A stretch of DNA of 64,000 nt, taken from contig CACWTF010000001.1 of the NCBI GenBank assembly GCA_902763685.1, positions 1,084 through 65,083 on the forward strand, read 5' to 3'. This document shows, piece after piece, positions 1 through 12,300 of this stretch. Position 1 is the stretch's first letter, and every line of letters starts with the position of its first letter. Both the position numbers and the translations under genes were made by a program. The notes beneath the pieces are model-generated. The model was given only the letters and a program-made list of their open reading frames with translations. It was not told the origin of the DNA and searched no databases. Source of the stretch: a methanogenic archaeon. Its GTDB lineage: Archaea > Thermoplasmatota > Thermoplasmata > Methanomassiliicoccales > Methanomethylophilaceae.

Positions 1-1018
1 ACGCGAACTCTCCCATGGCACAGAGCGACACTCCCGAGATGAATCCGTTGCGGGGCTCCTCGTTGCCTATCCAGTATCCCAGGAACACGGTGGATGACTT
101 CAGTACCACGAACAGCAGGAATATCTCAAGGATAAGCTGTATGTTATCGGTTATCCCCGAGATGGTGACCTCCATTCCCACGGAGATGAAGAACATGGCC
201 ATGAACAGGCTCTTGAGGGGCTCCACGAAATGCTCCACGATCTCCCTCTTGACAGTGGACGCGATCATCACACCCATGAGGAACGCCCCGATCGCCACCG
301 AGAGGCCCATCAGGCTCGCTAAGAATGCTAGAGCGAACGCCAGTCCCACGCAGAGGATTGCCATTAACTCATCGCTGATCCTGCCGGCTATCCAATCGAG
401 GATGCGGGGCACCACGCGGAGGCCGACCACGAAGCACATGCTCATGAACACGGCGATGCTCAGGATGAGCATCATGAGGGACTGCCCCTCCATCTCCCCT
501 CCCTGGAGTACGGGGGTGATCATGGAGAGCATGATGACCTGTCCGATGTCCTCCATGATGGTGATGAGCACCAGCATCTCTATGTGCTCCTTGTCGAGGG
601 TACCCTGTGCCTTCAGCACCGCCATGACCACGGCGGTACTGGAACCGGAGATGATGGCTCCCAATGCTATGCATTGGACCAGGTTGAAGCCGAGGATCAT
701 ACCGCCCAGCATACCGCCGAGCAGCATGAGGGGGAGCTGTACGCATGCCACCGTGATGGCGAACACACCCTGCGACTTGATCTTCCTGACGTCGATCTCC
801 ATACCGATGGCGAACATCAGCATGATCAGACCCAGATTGGAGAAGACGGTGATTACGCCCTCGAATTCCTCGGGGAGTTCGAAGAAGTTGGCGAACACGA
901 TACCCGTGATCAAAAAACCGATGAGCGGGGGCATGCGGATCCTGCTGAGGAGGATGGAACAGGCCGCGGCCACCACGATGAGCACCGCCATACTGTAGAT
1001 GAGAACCGTTTCCTCCAT
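1..1018 (-). CDS. CPA2-family cation:proton antiporter (KefB/NapA-like), 3' end runs off the window
   Basis: Manual minus-strand translation from ATG at 1018 gives MEETVLIYSMAVLIVVAAACSILLSRIRMPPLIGFLITGI...LGLIMLMFAIGMEID...SSTAVV...MEDIG...GAFLMG...FFISVGM...GEFA. It has many TM helices and CPA2 motifs. It is missing from the ORF track because it is open at the edge; the 15..998 + ORF is its shadow. Confidence 0.9.
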   Translation of the reverse strand, partial: MEETVLIYSMAVLIVVAAACSILLSRIRMPPLIGFLITGIVFANFFELPEEFEGVITVFSNLGLIMLMFAIGMEIDVRKIKSQGVFAITVACVQLPLMLLGGMLGGMILGFNLVQCIALGAIISGSSTAVVMAVLKAQGTLDKEHIEMLVLITIMEDIGQVIMLSMITPVLQGGEMEGQSLMMLILSIAVFMSMCFVVGLRVVPRILDWIAGRISDELMAILCVGLAFALAFLASLMGLSVAIGAFLMGVMIASTVKREIVEHFVEPLKSLFMAMFFISVGMEVTISGITDNIQLILEIFLLFVVLKSSTVFLGYWIGNEEPRNGFISGVSLCAMGEFA

Positions 1019-1437
1019 TCCCTCACTTTCCGATCGTCCGCCCTGATCCGGGGTTCAATGCATATACATGGGGAGATAATGTTTAAAACTTGTGCGAGCC
1101 GGGAGGAACATCACATACCCAGACACCGCATAATTAGTGAAAAATCATCCATTGTTAAAAGATTAAGTGCCGGCAGCCTGCAGACTGAGAACGGTTCTTC
1201 TGCAGGGAGCCGTGTTTCATCCCGATCCGGAAACGGACCCGCTGTAAAACCGCCCGAGAATCTTGTGGGAACTGGGTGCTGGAACATTCACCCTGTCCCG
1301 GATCGTCCATGCTAGGGGAAACAAGAAACCTGCGGGACGTCGGCGGTGATCCGCTAAGGACGTATCATACGGATACCGGGTTCTCGGGATTCTGCATTCT
1401 CTGATATGGGGATTGTCGGTTTTCGGTCCGTTTCGGA

Positions 1438-1457
1438 TGTGGACAAAATGTAGACAC
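1438..1457 (-). repeat. 20-bp sequence GTGTCTACATTTTGTCCACA (copy 1); candidate TnpB guide segment or direct repeat
   Basis: Exact match to 31424..31443. It begins 92 nt after the tnpB stop, immediately after the hairpin-rich region. Confidence 0.85.
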
Positions 1458-1600
1458 TGCCAACATCTATAACCCGTATCTGACAGATAAGATAGTCTCT
1501 GTCTGATACTGTGCCGGTGCACCAAGGGGTGCCCGGCTATTCTGTCCCTCAGCTTAGGGACCGGGATGGCCGGCCCATCCCGTTGATCTTGGCAAGGGTT
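1458..1600 (-). ncRNA. Putative TnpB omega/reRNA scaffold (right-end region)
   Basis: Four consecutive hairpins overlap and follow the tnpB 3' end: 1562-1582 (8-bp perfect stem), 1544-1561 (6-bp stem), 1514-1536, and 1476-1509 (11-bp arms, one mismatch). TGCCAA (1594-1589) can pair with TTGGCA (1463-1458). This is the canonical position for a TnpB guide scaffold. Boundaries are approximate. Confidence 0.65.
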
Positions 1601-2760
1601 CTGCGGAGTATGTTCTTCGCGCCATTCACGTCCCTGTCCGCGGTGAAACCGCAGTAGGGACAGGAATGCACCCTCACACTGAGATCCTTCTTCACGATGC
1701 TTCCGCATTGCGAACATAGCTGAGACGTATCCTTGGGATCCACTAGGATTACGATGCGACCGGCGCTTGAGGCCTTGTCCTTGATCCTTCTTACGAGTGT
1801 ACCCAACGATGCGTCGTTGTATCCGTTGGTCATGAAACGGCTCTTCGACTTATTGCGGAGAGCCATAACCGACAGATCCTCCATCCCGATCACATCGTGG
1901 TTCTTCACGATGTAAGCGGAGATGGTTTCCGTGTTGTTCTTCCTGTGATTGTTTATCTTCTCATAGAGGTGGTTGATGTTTGTCTGGAGTTTTTTGTAGT
2001 GTTCCGAACCGAACAGCACCCTGCTCAGCTGTCTCTGCAGTTTGGCGAGTCTCTTCGCCATCTTCGCAAAGATATGATCGTTCCTGAACACGGTACCGTC
2101 CGATAGTGCCGCGATGTTCGATACGCCGATATCGACTCCGACGGGGCCCTTTGTGGGTTCGGGATATGGTTTGGGAGTATCCTCAATCGTTATGCAGGCA
2201 TAGTACTCGTAATGGTTACCCATATCCTTCCTCTTGACCGTGCATGTCTTCGGAACGCCTTCGATGACGGTTTCCTGATTGTAGCACCTAAGTAATCCGG
2301 GTACCTTCCCCAGCTTCAGCATGCGTCTCTTCTTCCCGTTCTTCCTCACATACTCGACGGAATAATCCCTCGCGGTAGGATAGGTGAACGAATTGAACTG
2401 TCCCTTCGGTCTGAACCTGGGGAAATGATCTCCGGGCATTTTGAACTCGTACCTGTCAACATCGAACTCCCCGTACTCCTTCCTGTGAGTTCCCAATGTC
2501 TTTTTGCAGGCCTCGTGGACACGCTTGGCGGTCTCGTTGAGAGTGGTCGAATATGAATCTTTGACGTAAGGCGAATTGTGTCTGATCTGAGTGGTGATCC
2601 TGTTGAGATCGAATATGCTCGGCAGTTCCCTTTTATCGGAGAACACCTGTTTGCAGGCAACCAACAGAGAATTGTAGACGAGACGGTTCGCATCGATCAT
2701 GTGATCGATAACCTTCCTCTGAGCGGAATTGGGTTCGATGCGGACCTTCAGCGTCTTCAT
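1549..2760 (-). CDS. tnpB: TnpB RNA-guided endonuclease (IS200/IS605/IS607 OrfB family), solo with no tnpA; 403 aa
   Basis: N-terminal HTH (MKTLKVRIEPNSAQRKVID..NRLVYN), RuvC-I VGVDIG, RuvC-II MEDL, Zn finger TSQLCSQCG..CPYCG and RuvC-III DRDVNGAKNI are all present. Start placed at ATG 2760, about 25 nt below a TATA box. Confidence 0.95.
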   Translation of the reverse strand: MKTLKVRIEPNSAQRKVIDHMIDANRLVYNSLLVACKQVFSDKRELPSIFDLNRITTQIRHNSPYVKDSYSTTLNETAKRVHEACKKTLGTHRKEYGEFDVDRYEFKMPGDHFPRFRPKGQFNSFTYPTARDYSVEYVRKNGKKRRMLKLGKVPGLLRCYNQETVIEGVPKTCTVKRKDMGNHYEYYACITIEDTPKPYPEPTKGPVGVDIGVSNIAALSDGTVFRNDHIFAKMAKRLAKLQRQLSRVLFGSEHYKKLQTNINHLYEKINNHRKNNTETISAYIVKNHDVIGMEDLSVMALRNKSKSRFMTNGYNDASLGTLVRRIKDKASSAGRIVILVDPKDTSQLCSQCGSIVKKDLSVRVHSCPYCGFTADRDVNGAKNILRRTLAKINGMGRPSRSLS

Positions 2761-2784
2761 ACAGATGATTACGAAACGGACAGT

Positions 2785-2818
2785 ATATAAAGTTAAGAGG
2801 GATATAAAGTTAAGAGGG
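2785..2818 (-). promoter_or_regulatory. Tandemly duplicated 17-bp unit containing the likely tnpB TATA box
   Basis: ATATAAAGTTAAGAGGG occurs twice on + (2785-2801, 2802-2818). On the minus strand each copy ends in TTTATAT, and the proximal copy is about 25 nt from the ATG (leaderless geometry). Confidence 0.7.
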
Positions 2819-3315
2819 GGAGATGGCCGAAAGTAGCGAAAGTGACCGAAACTGAAGCGAAAACACATTTTTCGATGATTTTCGCTCAAAAACGATGATC
2901 TGCAGGACTGTCACAGATACCTATGGTGCCCCCGATACCTCGGTCCTTCTCCATTCGTCCGCAAGTATCGATATGTCTTTTCGATATCCTATTCTTGCTC
3001 CCTTCCCATACCTCGTTCCCACTTAGCAATATCACATAGCTAGACCATCATAATCCTCATATAATCAAGGATGGAATCGACTGTTTTTGGACCTATTCGG
3101 CAAACATTCGTTCCCACTTATCGAATTCTTAATACTAGCTCTCGTTTTTTCGATTTGTCTTTTCGGGGAGATCAGCTAACTGGGAACAAGATTATGCCCT
3201 GTACAAAACCTGTTTTCCGATCAGATTTATTCGATAGAAGTCTGCTAATTGTCAAACTCCAGTCTATAAAAATTATCGTAAGGAATGGTTTGGGAAAGGG
3301 TTTGGGGAATGGGTT

Positions 3316-6300
3316 TCAACGTCTGAACCTGGTAAGCACCACGACACCGGCGATCGCTGCACCGATGACACCGGCGAAGATGTACATGATGTTCATGTCG
3401 ACCTCTTCGAAGGTGGGGTTCACCTGGATGTTGCCGGAGACGGTTCCGCTTCCGTAGTTCCATCCGGAGAAGCTGTATCCGTCCTTGGTGAGGGTGACCC
3501 TGTCCCAGGCGGACATGACATCCTTCATGGACGAACCGTACTCGACGGATGTGGTGTACACTCCGGGGGTGGACTGGACCCATCCGGCGGGGATCTCGCT
3601 CACGGTGATTCCCGTGAGGTCGATGGACACATTGCACAGACCCTCGATCCAGGCCGCGTACAGGATAATGGTGTTGGTTACGTCCGCCCTGCTGGCGAGA
3701 CCCTCGGTGAACTCGGTGATGGTGGTGGTCGATCCCTTGGAATCGAGTGACCAGCCGATGATCACCTTGCTTCCGTTGGTTCCGTCCAGCACGTGGTAGT
3801 CCTTCAGCTCCACCTTGTCGCCGATGACGTACAGTCCCGAATCGATGGGGACCTGTCCGGTTCCTCCGTTGGCGTTGTAGACGAGCCTGTAGGGGATGGG
3901 CTGCCAGAGGGCATCGATGGTCACGGTTCCGTTGAGGGCGGAGGTGAGGTTCTTGAAGTAGGTACCCTTGACGGTGGAGGTTCCGATCTTGTACCACGAG
4001 ACACCGTCGTTGCTCCACATTGCGTTGGAATCCGCACCGTTGATGGACCATCCGCCGAATGTGTAACCGGACCTGTCGTAGGTGGGCACCCTGAACGCCA
4101 CGGTGTAGTTGGCATCCATGGTGGCGTAGGTCTGGTCGGCGGTGTACCGGTACTTCACTGTGTAGGGGTTGGCATCCCACACGGCGACGAACACGACGGT
4201 GTTGACGCCTCCCTCGACCATGTCGGTGGAGAACAGGGTTCCGGGCTGGATGGGGTTGGTACCGTCGATGGACCATCCGCCGAAGGTGTATCCGGTCTTG
4301 GAGGCACCGCTGAAGGTGGGGAGGGTGATGACGTCGCCGACCTTGATCTGTGTGATCTCGTTGATGATGGTACCGGTTCCTCCCATCCTGTCGTAGGAAA
4401 CGGAGTAGGTAGCGTTATCCCAGACGGCCTCGAACACGACGGTTCCGCCATCGGTGGCACAGAGGTCCCTGAACACGTTGTAGTCGTATCCGGAACGCTT
4501 CACGGTCTTGGTTCCGTCCCAGGGAACGAATCCGCTGGAGGATTCGTAGGATGCTCCGGGGTCGAGGACTCCCGAACTGGTGGAAGCGGTGGATGCCCTC
4601 CATCCGAGGAAGTCGTAACCCGCCTGGGTGGGCGAGCTGATCTTCACGTCCTCGCCGTACATGACGCTGACAGGTGCGAAGGGTCCCGCGATTCCTCCCT
4701 TGAGGTTGTAGGCGATCTTGTACTCCTTCTGGTCCCATACCGCGTACAGGGTTACGACTCCGTTGGAATCCGCCGAGGTGGCGAGCCTGGAATCGAACTT
4801 GCCGGTGGAGACGTAGATGGTGGTCGAGGTGGGCGAGTACTTCCATCCCGCGAAGCTGTATCCTCTCTTCTGGAATCCGTCGGATCCCGCGAGGGTCAGA
4901 TCTGTCACATCTACGATGTAGATGTTGTTGTCGATTGGCGGGTTACCGCTGATGCCTCCCTCTCCCAGGTCGTACTGGATGCGGTATTCGTTGCTGATCC
5001 ACACGAAGTAGAAGGTGATGATTCCGTTGTGTGTGTCACCGTAGTTCGCAATCTCGTCGTCGATCCTGGCGGTGGCGGCACTGGGGTACTTGGTACCGTC
5101 GGGTCCGACGGACCATCCTCCGAACATCATGAAGGACTTGGAGTAGGAACCGATGTCCCAAAGGGTGATGGTATCGCCGTACTTCACGTTCTTGATGTCC
5201 AGGAACTGCTTGGTTCCGCTGTCGGGATCGACCTGCACGGTGTAGGACTTGGCGGACCACTCGCACTGCAGGGTGAGGGTGCGGTTGGAATCGGCGAACT
5301 CCTCGAGCATGATCTTCTCGAGCACGAAGTTGGTCGCGTGGGACTGGGTTCCGATCTTGGTCTCTCCCAGGATGAAGTGCCATCCGGTGATCTCCTGTCC
5401 GACCCTGCTGATGCTTGCACTGCTGGGAAGGGTGATGGTCATTCCGATCTGGATTCCCGTGAGGGGTGCGGGGGCATCCTGTCCGGTGTAGCCGTTGAGA
5501 TCGAACCTGACCGAGTAATCGAGTTCGGCCCAGACACCGGTGGCGGTGACCACGCAGTACTTGGACTTGTCGATCATGTCCTCGGTGAGCTCGACCTGGG
5601 TCATGGGGGCCAGCAGACCGGTGTAACCGGGGATGGTGAATCCGCGGAAGGTGTATCCGACCTTCTCGAATCCGGTATCCGCGATGATGGTGATGATGTC
5701 GTGCTGACTGTAGACGAGACCGTTGTTGATCACCGAACCCGCATCGTCGCCGACGTCGAAGTTGATGGAGAACTGTCCACTGACCAGGACGAAGCTCATC
5801 TTGACGTCGGTGGAGAGGTTCAGGTAGGTGTTGTCCACGACATACTGGTTGTCGGTGTACACCACGGGCCTGTCGTTCACCACAAGCTGCGACAGGGTGT
5901 ACTTGTCGCTGAGCGGTGCGGGGACGACGAGTCCCTGCTTGAAGGTGGTGAAGGGCACATTCTCTATCTTGGGGCTGGCGTTGGAGTAGGTGTTCTCGGG
6001 AGTCAGCCAGTTGCTGATGGTGAAGGTCTCGCTGTCAGCGACCTTCTCGCCGTTGAAGAGGAACTCCAGCTGGATGCTGTAGTACTTGACGGTCTTGTTG
6101 ATGACCACGAACCTGTCCCCGGTCAGCGAACCGGTGTCTGCTCCGACACCGATGGCCTTGTATCCGCTGTCCATGTAGGTGGTGATGGTGTATCCTTCCA
6201 CGTCGATGGAACGGATCAGGATCCTCTTCTCGCTGTTGTTGAGATCGGTGTAATACAGATCGCCGTCGGTGTTGTAGAGCACGTAGGGACCGAGTACGTT

Positions 6301-9300
6301 GACGGTAGCGTAGGTACCGTTGCTGTCCCTGACCTCGACGGTGTAAGGCAGGGCGGAGAACCTGGCATACCAGGCCTGTCCATTCTTGAAGGTGGTGGTG
6401 GAGTCGGCCTTGTAACCTCCGTTCTCCGCACTGTACCAGCCCACGAACTCGTAACCGGGCGCGGGGATCTCCAGGACGTTCTCGCCCTTGTCGTTCTTCA
6501 GCGAGTCGGGGTAGACGAAGGGAGACCTGAGGAGGACGGTCGCCTCGTACCTCACACCGTCCCTGAAGAAGTAGACGGTGACGGTGGTGTCGGCGGACTG
6601 CATGGAGACCTCGTTGAATCCGTATCCGATGTAGATGGAGATTGTGTTCTCGTCGATGGGGATCTCCAGCTCTCCGGGACCGAGGAGGACCAACGAACTG
6701 ATGTGGGTCTGGTCGCTCTCGAAGGAGGGGATGGTGTACAGCATACCGTAGTGCACGGTCACGGATTCGGGCCTCACCCTCTCGCCGTTACCGTTGGTGA
6801 CGAGTTCGATCTCGGACTTCCCTTCGAGTGCGGCTGCATCGGGGTAGGCACGGAAGTCGAGACCTCCGTAGTTCTCCAGGGCGAAGACCGACACCGCATC
6901 TCCGGACCTTGCGATCCTGCCGAGGGCGAAATCGTCCTCGGAAGCGTACATCGCGAGGATGCTTCCGTTAAGGGATGCGAAGTAGTAGTCCTGGTAACCG
7001 GTACCAGAAGAGTAGAACGGCAGGACGAACTTGCTTCCGTACAGCACCCTGATGTCGGAGATGTAGGGGATGATGTTGTCGTCGTAGGACTCGATAGTGA
7101 CGGTACCCATGTTCCTGCCCTCGAACCTAGAACCTCCGAGGTTGGCGAACTGATCGTCCCTCAGGAGGAGGTCGTAGACCTCTTCGCTGTCGAGGGTTCC
7201 GACCACGGTCACGTCCACCTTGTTGGATCCGTTGATGGCTCCGTTGGCGAAGCTTATCTCGGAGAGGGGGCCGTTGAAGTAGAAGGTGGCCTCGGTCGCG
7301 TTGGAACTGCCGTAGTTGAACGCGTTGGCACCCACGGTCTTCACGGTGGACGACACATAGACGGTCGCGAGAGGACAGTTGTAGAACGCATACTCGCTGA
7401 CGGAGGTCAGGGAGTTGGACAGCACCAGTTCCGTAAGGCTCCTGTTGTTGGCGAACGCGTAGGGGCCGAGGGAGGTGAGCATGGGTCCGAGGACAGCCTT
7501 GGTGAATCCGCATCCGTAGAATGCGTTCTTACCGATGCTGGTGATCCTGATGAATCCGCTGACACCGTCCTCGTTGGGGTTCAGTCCGTTCAGGGCCTGG
7601 CATCCATAGAAGGCGTTCTCCTCGAGGACTGCCATCCTGGGTGCGGCCACGCTGTTGAGTGCGGTACATCCGTTGAAGGCATCCTTTCCGATGTTGGTGA
7701 CCATGGGCATTTCCACGCTCTTCAGGAAGGTACATCCCTGGAAGGCGGATGCACTGATGACTGTGGCGATGTCGAACCTTACGCTCTGCAGCTTCTCGCA
7801 TCCGAAGAACACAGATCCGGAACTGCTGACCTGCAAGTTGCTGGGCAGCACCGCACGCTCGAGGTTGATGTTGGCGAGATCGGTACAGTTGTAGAACATC
7901 CTGGCACTGAGGTTGACCGTGCCGGTCTCCTTCAGCTGGACGGTGTGGAGTCCGGTACATCCGTAGAACACCGCATCGCCGAATTCGGTTGCGGAACTCA
8001 CATCGACGGTGAGCAGGGAGGTGATTCCGTGCAGACTGGCGAAGAACTTGGTGGCTGCGGGCACGCTGATATGCTCCAGCTGGGAGTTGACCGCCTTGGC
8101 GTTGAGGTTGCTGTTGTTGAAGGTGTGCTCGGGCACCTCGGTGAGGGAAACCGACGTGAAGTTGACCAGCTGGGGGCAGTCGTAGAACACGTAATCGGAG
8201 ATCCTCTTGATTCCGTTGGTGGCGGTCTCTCCGAGTGTGACGTCGGAGGCACCGATGCCGCTGAAGGCACCGGTTCCGATGCTGTTCACGGTGTTGCCGA
8301 TCACGAACTCGGTGCTGTCGTTGAATGCCACGAGAGAGGAACAGTTGCAGAATGCCAGTGCTCCGATGGAGGTGAGCCTGGGGGCCTGGAAGGAGGACAG
8401 CATGCTGCAGTTGTAGAACACTGAATAGCTGTCGATTCCGATGAATCCGTTCTCGCCGTACTGCACGTCAGCATCGGGGTTTCCGATGACGGTCACCAGA
8501 GGGAACTCGGCGTTCTGCAGAGCCCTGCATCCGTAGAAGGCTAGGACCTCGATGGCGGTCGCGGATTCCGCGGATACGGTCTCCAGCTTGTCGCAGCCGA
8601 AGAACATGGCGGTGGAGATCGACTTCAGAGCGTTGACCGAGACCTGGGTGAGTCCGGTACATCCGTAGAACACATCGGTGTAGGCAGCGGTCTGTCCGTG
8701 GGTGACCTCGGTGGTGATGTTCACGCTTGCGAGAGCGGGGAGGTCGACGGTCTGCAGAGAGATGCAGCTGTCGAACGCGTGGGCGTTGAGGGTGGTCACC
8801 GATGCCATATCGGCGGTCTCGATCTTGGTGAGTCCCGACTCGGCGAATGCGTACTGTCCCACGGTCTTGACCTTGGGCAGGTTCACACGCTCGAGGTCCT
8901 CGCATCCGAAGAAGGTGTAATCCGCGATCGCGGTGGAGTACAGCATCTCCGCCGTGGTCAGCGAGGTGCATCCGTAGAACTCGCGGCCGTTGTTCGCATT
9001 GATGTTCGCATAGGTCAGGTTAATGTTGCTCAATGCGGAGCATCCCATGAAGATCTCAGCGGGGAGGGTGTACCTGTAGGAGGTGGAGCTGGTGTTGTAC
9101 AACACCACCTTCGCCAGCGAATCACAGTTCTTGAACGATGCCGCAACGGCGGTACCGGCAACAGTGCCAGCGAATCCGGTAGTTCCGGGGATCTCCACCA
9201 GCTTCAGCTCGCGGAAGTCGGAGAGGTTTGCGTAGAAATTGGTGATCCTGCTTCCCTTGATCGAACTGAGGCGGGGAGCGTAGTTCATGGCCTCGGCGGA

Positions 9301-12300
9301 CCTGAAGGTATTGTAGGGCAGGGTGTTGACCTGGCAGTTGATCTGCAGGGTCTCGAGGTTCTGACATCCGTTGAAGACGTAGTCTCCCATGGTACAGCTT
9401 CCGCCCTCGCTGCCGATGACGACGTTGGCGACCTTGGAACCCGCGAAGGCATACGCACCGATGTTGGAGACATTGGTGAGTACGACAGAGTTGCCTGCGG
9501 AGTTGATACGGTATACGCCGCTGTTCTCGAAGGCATGCTCGCCGATGGAGTTGCAGGAGTTGGACAGGGTGACCGCACCGAGGGTCTCGGTGTCCCTGAA
9601 CATGTAGGGTGCCACGGAACGCAGGGAGCCCATGGAAACGGCGGTGAGTTCGTGGCATCCGTCGAAGCAGTACTTACCTGCAGTGGAGACGTTCTCCGCG
9701 GTGACCCCCTTGAGGCCGGAACAATTCTGGAATGCGTATTCGCCGATGGTGTTCACGTTGTTCAGGACGATCGGGTCCTGCAGGGACCTGCAGCCGCAGA
9801 ACATATAGGCACCGATCGAGGTCACGGAATCCGCGAAATCGACGGCCAGCGAGGTGCTGTTAGAGTACCAGGGGGTGAGCTGGTAGTAGCTGACTCCCGT
9901 TGTTCCGGTGTAGGTCCATCCCGCACTTCCGGTGAAGTGGATCTCGGACAGTCCGTTCATTCCCTCGAATATGGGCTCGTCCGCATAGGATACAGCGTTG
10001 AGGTTGATGGGCAGGGTAAGGGACCTGACCGAACCGCAGTCGGCGAATGCACCCTTTCCGACGTTGGTGAGGACGCTGCCTATGACGAGCTGGTCGATAC
10101 CCGAACAGCCGCTGAAGGCGTATTCTCCCACCGACCTCACGCTGGTGGGCAGCTCGACAGTCTCGTCGATGGCACTGCATCCCCTGAAGGTGTTCTTTCC
10201 GATAGAGGGGATTCCGTTCTCGATGATTATCACAGTCTTACCGGAAGAATCCGATATGTACCAGGGGGTGTAGCGGTAGTAGTTGTTGCTGCCAACGGAA
10301 TCGCTGTACTGGAATCCGTCCTCGGTACCGATGAAGGTGACGGATGCGATCATGCTGCATCCCGCGAATGCGGGGTCCATGTCGTCACGGACGGTGTCAA
10401 GGGACATGGGCAGGGTGAGCGAGGTCACCGAGCTGCAGTTGCTGAAGGTACCCGCACCGATCTGCTTCACGCTGACTCCGAGGACGATGGACCTGATCTC
10501 GGAACACTTCTCGAAAGCGTGTGCACCGATGGTCTCCATCGCATTGCCGAAGTCGACGGAGGCGATGCTCACGCATCCGCTGAACGCGTACATTCCGACG
10601 GACTTTATTCCGCTGAGGTCGACGGCTCCGTTCACTCCGGAACAGCCGTAGAACATGTACTCCCCGATGGAGACGATTCCGGGACCGAACTCCACGGTGA
10701 TCTTGGAGGTCTGGCTCCTTATGTACCACGGGGTCTTGGAAACATCGCTGGAGGTGTAGTTGGCACCCACGCCGGCGTTCTGTCCGTCGGGACCCTTGGT
10801 GAAGAGGTACGACGTGAGCGAGGTGCATCCATCGAACATCTTGTTGGCGTAGCTGATGGTGATGGGGAGGGTGACGCTCTCCAGCTGGGTACAGTTCTTG
10901 AAGGGGGCGGCGTTGGCGTCGCTGACGACGAGACTGTTGGGTACGGTGAGGCTCCTGATGGGGGTCTCTCCGAAGGCGTTGTCGCCGAGTGTCTCCAATC
11001 CCTCGTTGAGGATCACCGCGTTCATCATCGATCCGCAGAACGCGTTGGCACCGATGCTCTTCAGGGTGGAGGGGAAGGTCACGTTGTCCAGGGGCTTGAG
11101 GTACATGTTGTCTCCGATGGACTGTATTCCCTCGTCGAGTACCACGTTGTAGTTCTTCTGGGTCTCCGAATACCACAGGGTGTTGCGGTAGTTGTCTGTG
11201 TAGCTGAATCCGGTCTTGGTTCCGGGGGTGAAGTGGATCAGTTCCATATCCAGGTCGCCGACGTTGCCCGAGGCGTTGACGGCGAGGTTGAGGGAGATGG
11301 GTGCGGTGAGCCTCTTGAGTCCGGAACAGTTGGTGAGGACGCTGGGATCCAGGGTACGGATGTCGTCCGAAAGCACCAGGTCGGCGAGACCCGCACAGTT
11401 CCTGAACGCGTTGATTCCGATGCTTCCGACAGGAGTGAGCGTGGCGGAGACGATGGTGGTGCTGGGGTTCTCGAAGCAGAACATGAACGGATCGACGGTC
11501 GCTCCGGATTCGAAGACGATGCTCGCCCTGACGGAGCTGCCGGCGTATGCCCAAGGCATGGTGGTGTAGTTGTTCTCGTAGTAGTTCTCCAGACCGGAGG
11601 ACTGACCACCGAAGAAGGTGTACTGCGAGATGCTGTTCTCGAATGCGAATATGTTGCCGAGCTTCACGGTGTTGGAGACTCTGAGGGACTGGACTCCAGT
11701 ACAGTTCTGGAATGCGGTCTCGTGGGTGATGTTCTGTCCGGCATAACGCAGGTCGAGGGCGGTGATTCCCTTGCTCTCCGCGAAGGCGTACTCCGCTACC
11801 GCAACGGCAATGGAGGCGGTGGCCTTGATGCTCTCGGGGAGGGTGAGGGTTCCGCTCAGAGACGAGCCGTATGCCGCATAGTGGAGGATGCTCTCGAGGG
11901 TGGCGGGCAGGACCAGGTTGCTGACCGCGTTCTTGGCAGGACAGGTTATCATGACCGTCTTGCCCTCGTTGTACAGGATACCGTTCTCGAGGTCGAAGTA
12001 GCGGTTGTCGTCGCTCAGTTCGATGGCCTTGAGCTGGGGGGACTTCAGGGCGAGGTCGCCGAGAGTCCTGAGGGCACTGCTGAACACGAAGCGTTCCACG
12101 GAGGTGCCGTCAAAGGCGTTGTCCCCGATGCTGGAAACGGTCGGGAGGCTGAAGATGCCGCCGAGTGTCGATACATTGTAGAAAGCCTTGTTACCGATGA
12201 TGTTGACGGCCTCGAGCGTGCCTGTGAACTCGGTGAGTGCGGTGCCGACGAATGCCTCTCTGCCGATCTCCCCGAGGTCCGCATTGGATGCGAAGGAGGT

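Noticed and set aside
1549-2760. Calling the TnpB a nuclease-dead TldR
   Set aside because: All three RuvC acidic residues (VGVD, MED, DRD) are present.
1549-2889. Upstream 43-aa extension of TnpB given by the ORF track
   Set aside because: It crosses the duplicated TATA region; the family-typical start is MKTLKVRI at 2760.
2950-2960. TCCATTCGTCC, also found at 31410-31420 next to the 20-bp site
   Set aside because: It is only 11 bp, and its order relative to the 20-mer does not fit a simple insertion. Too weak to support alone.
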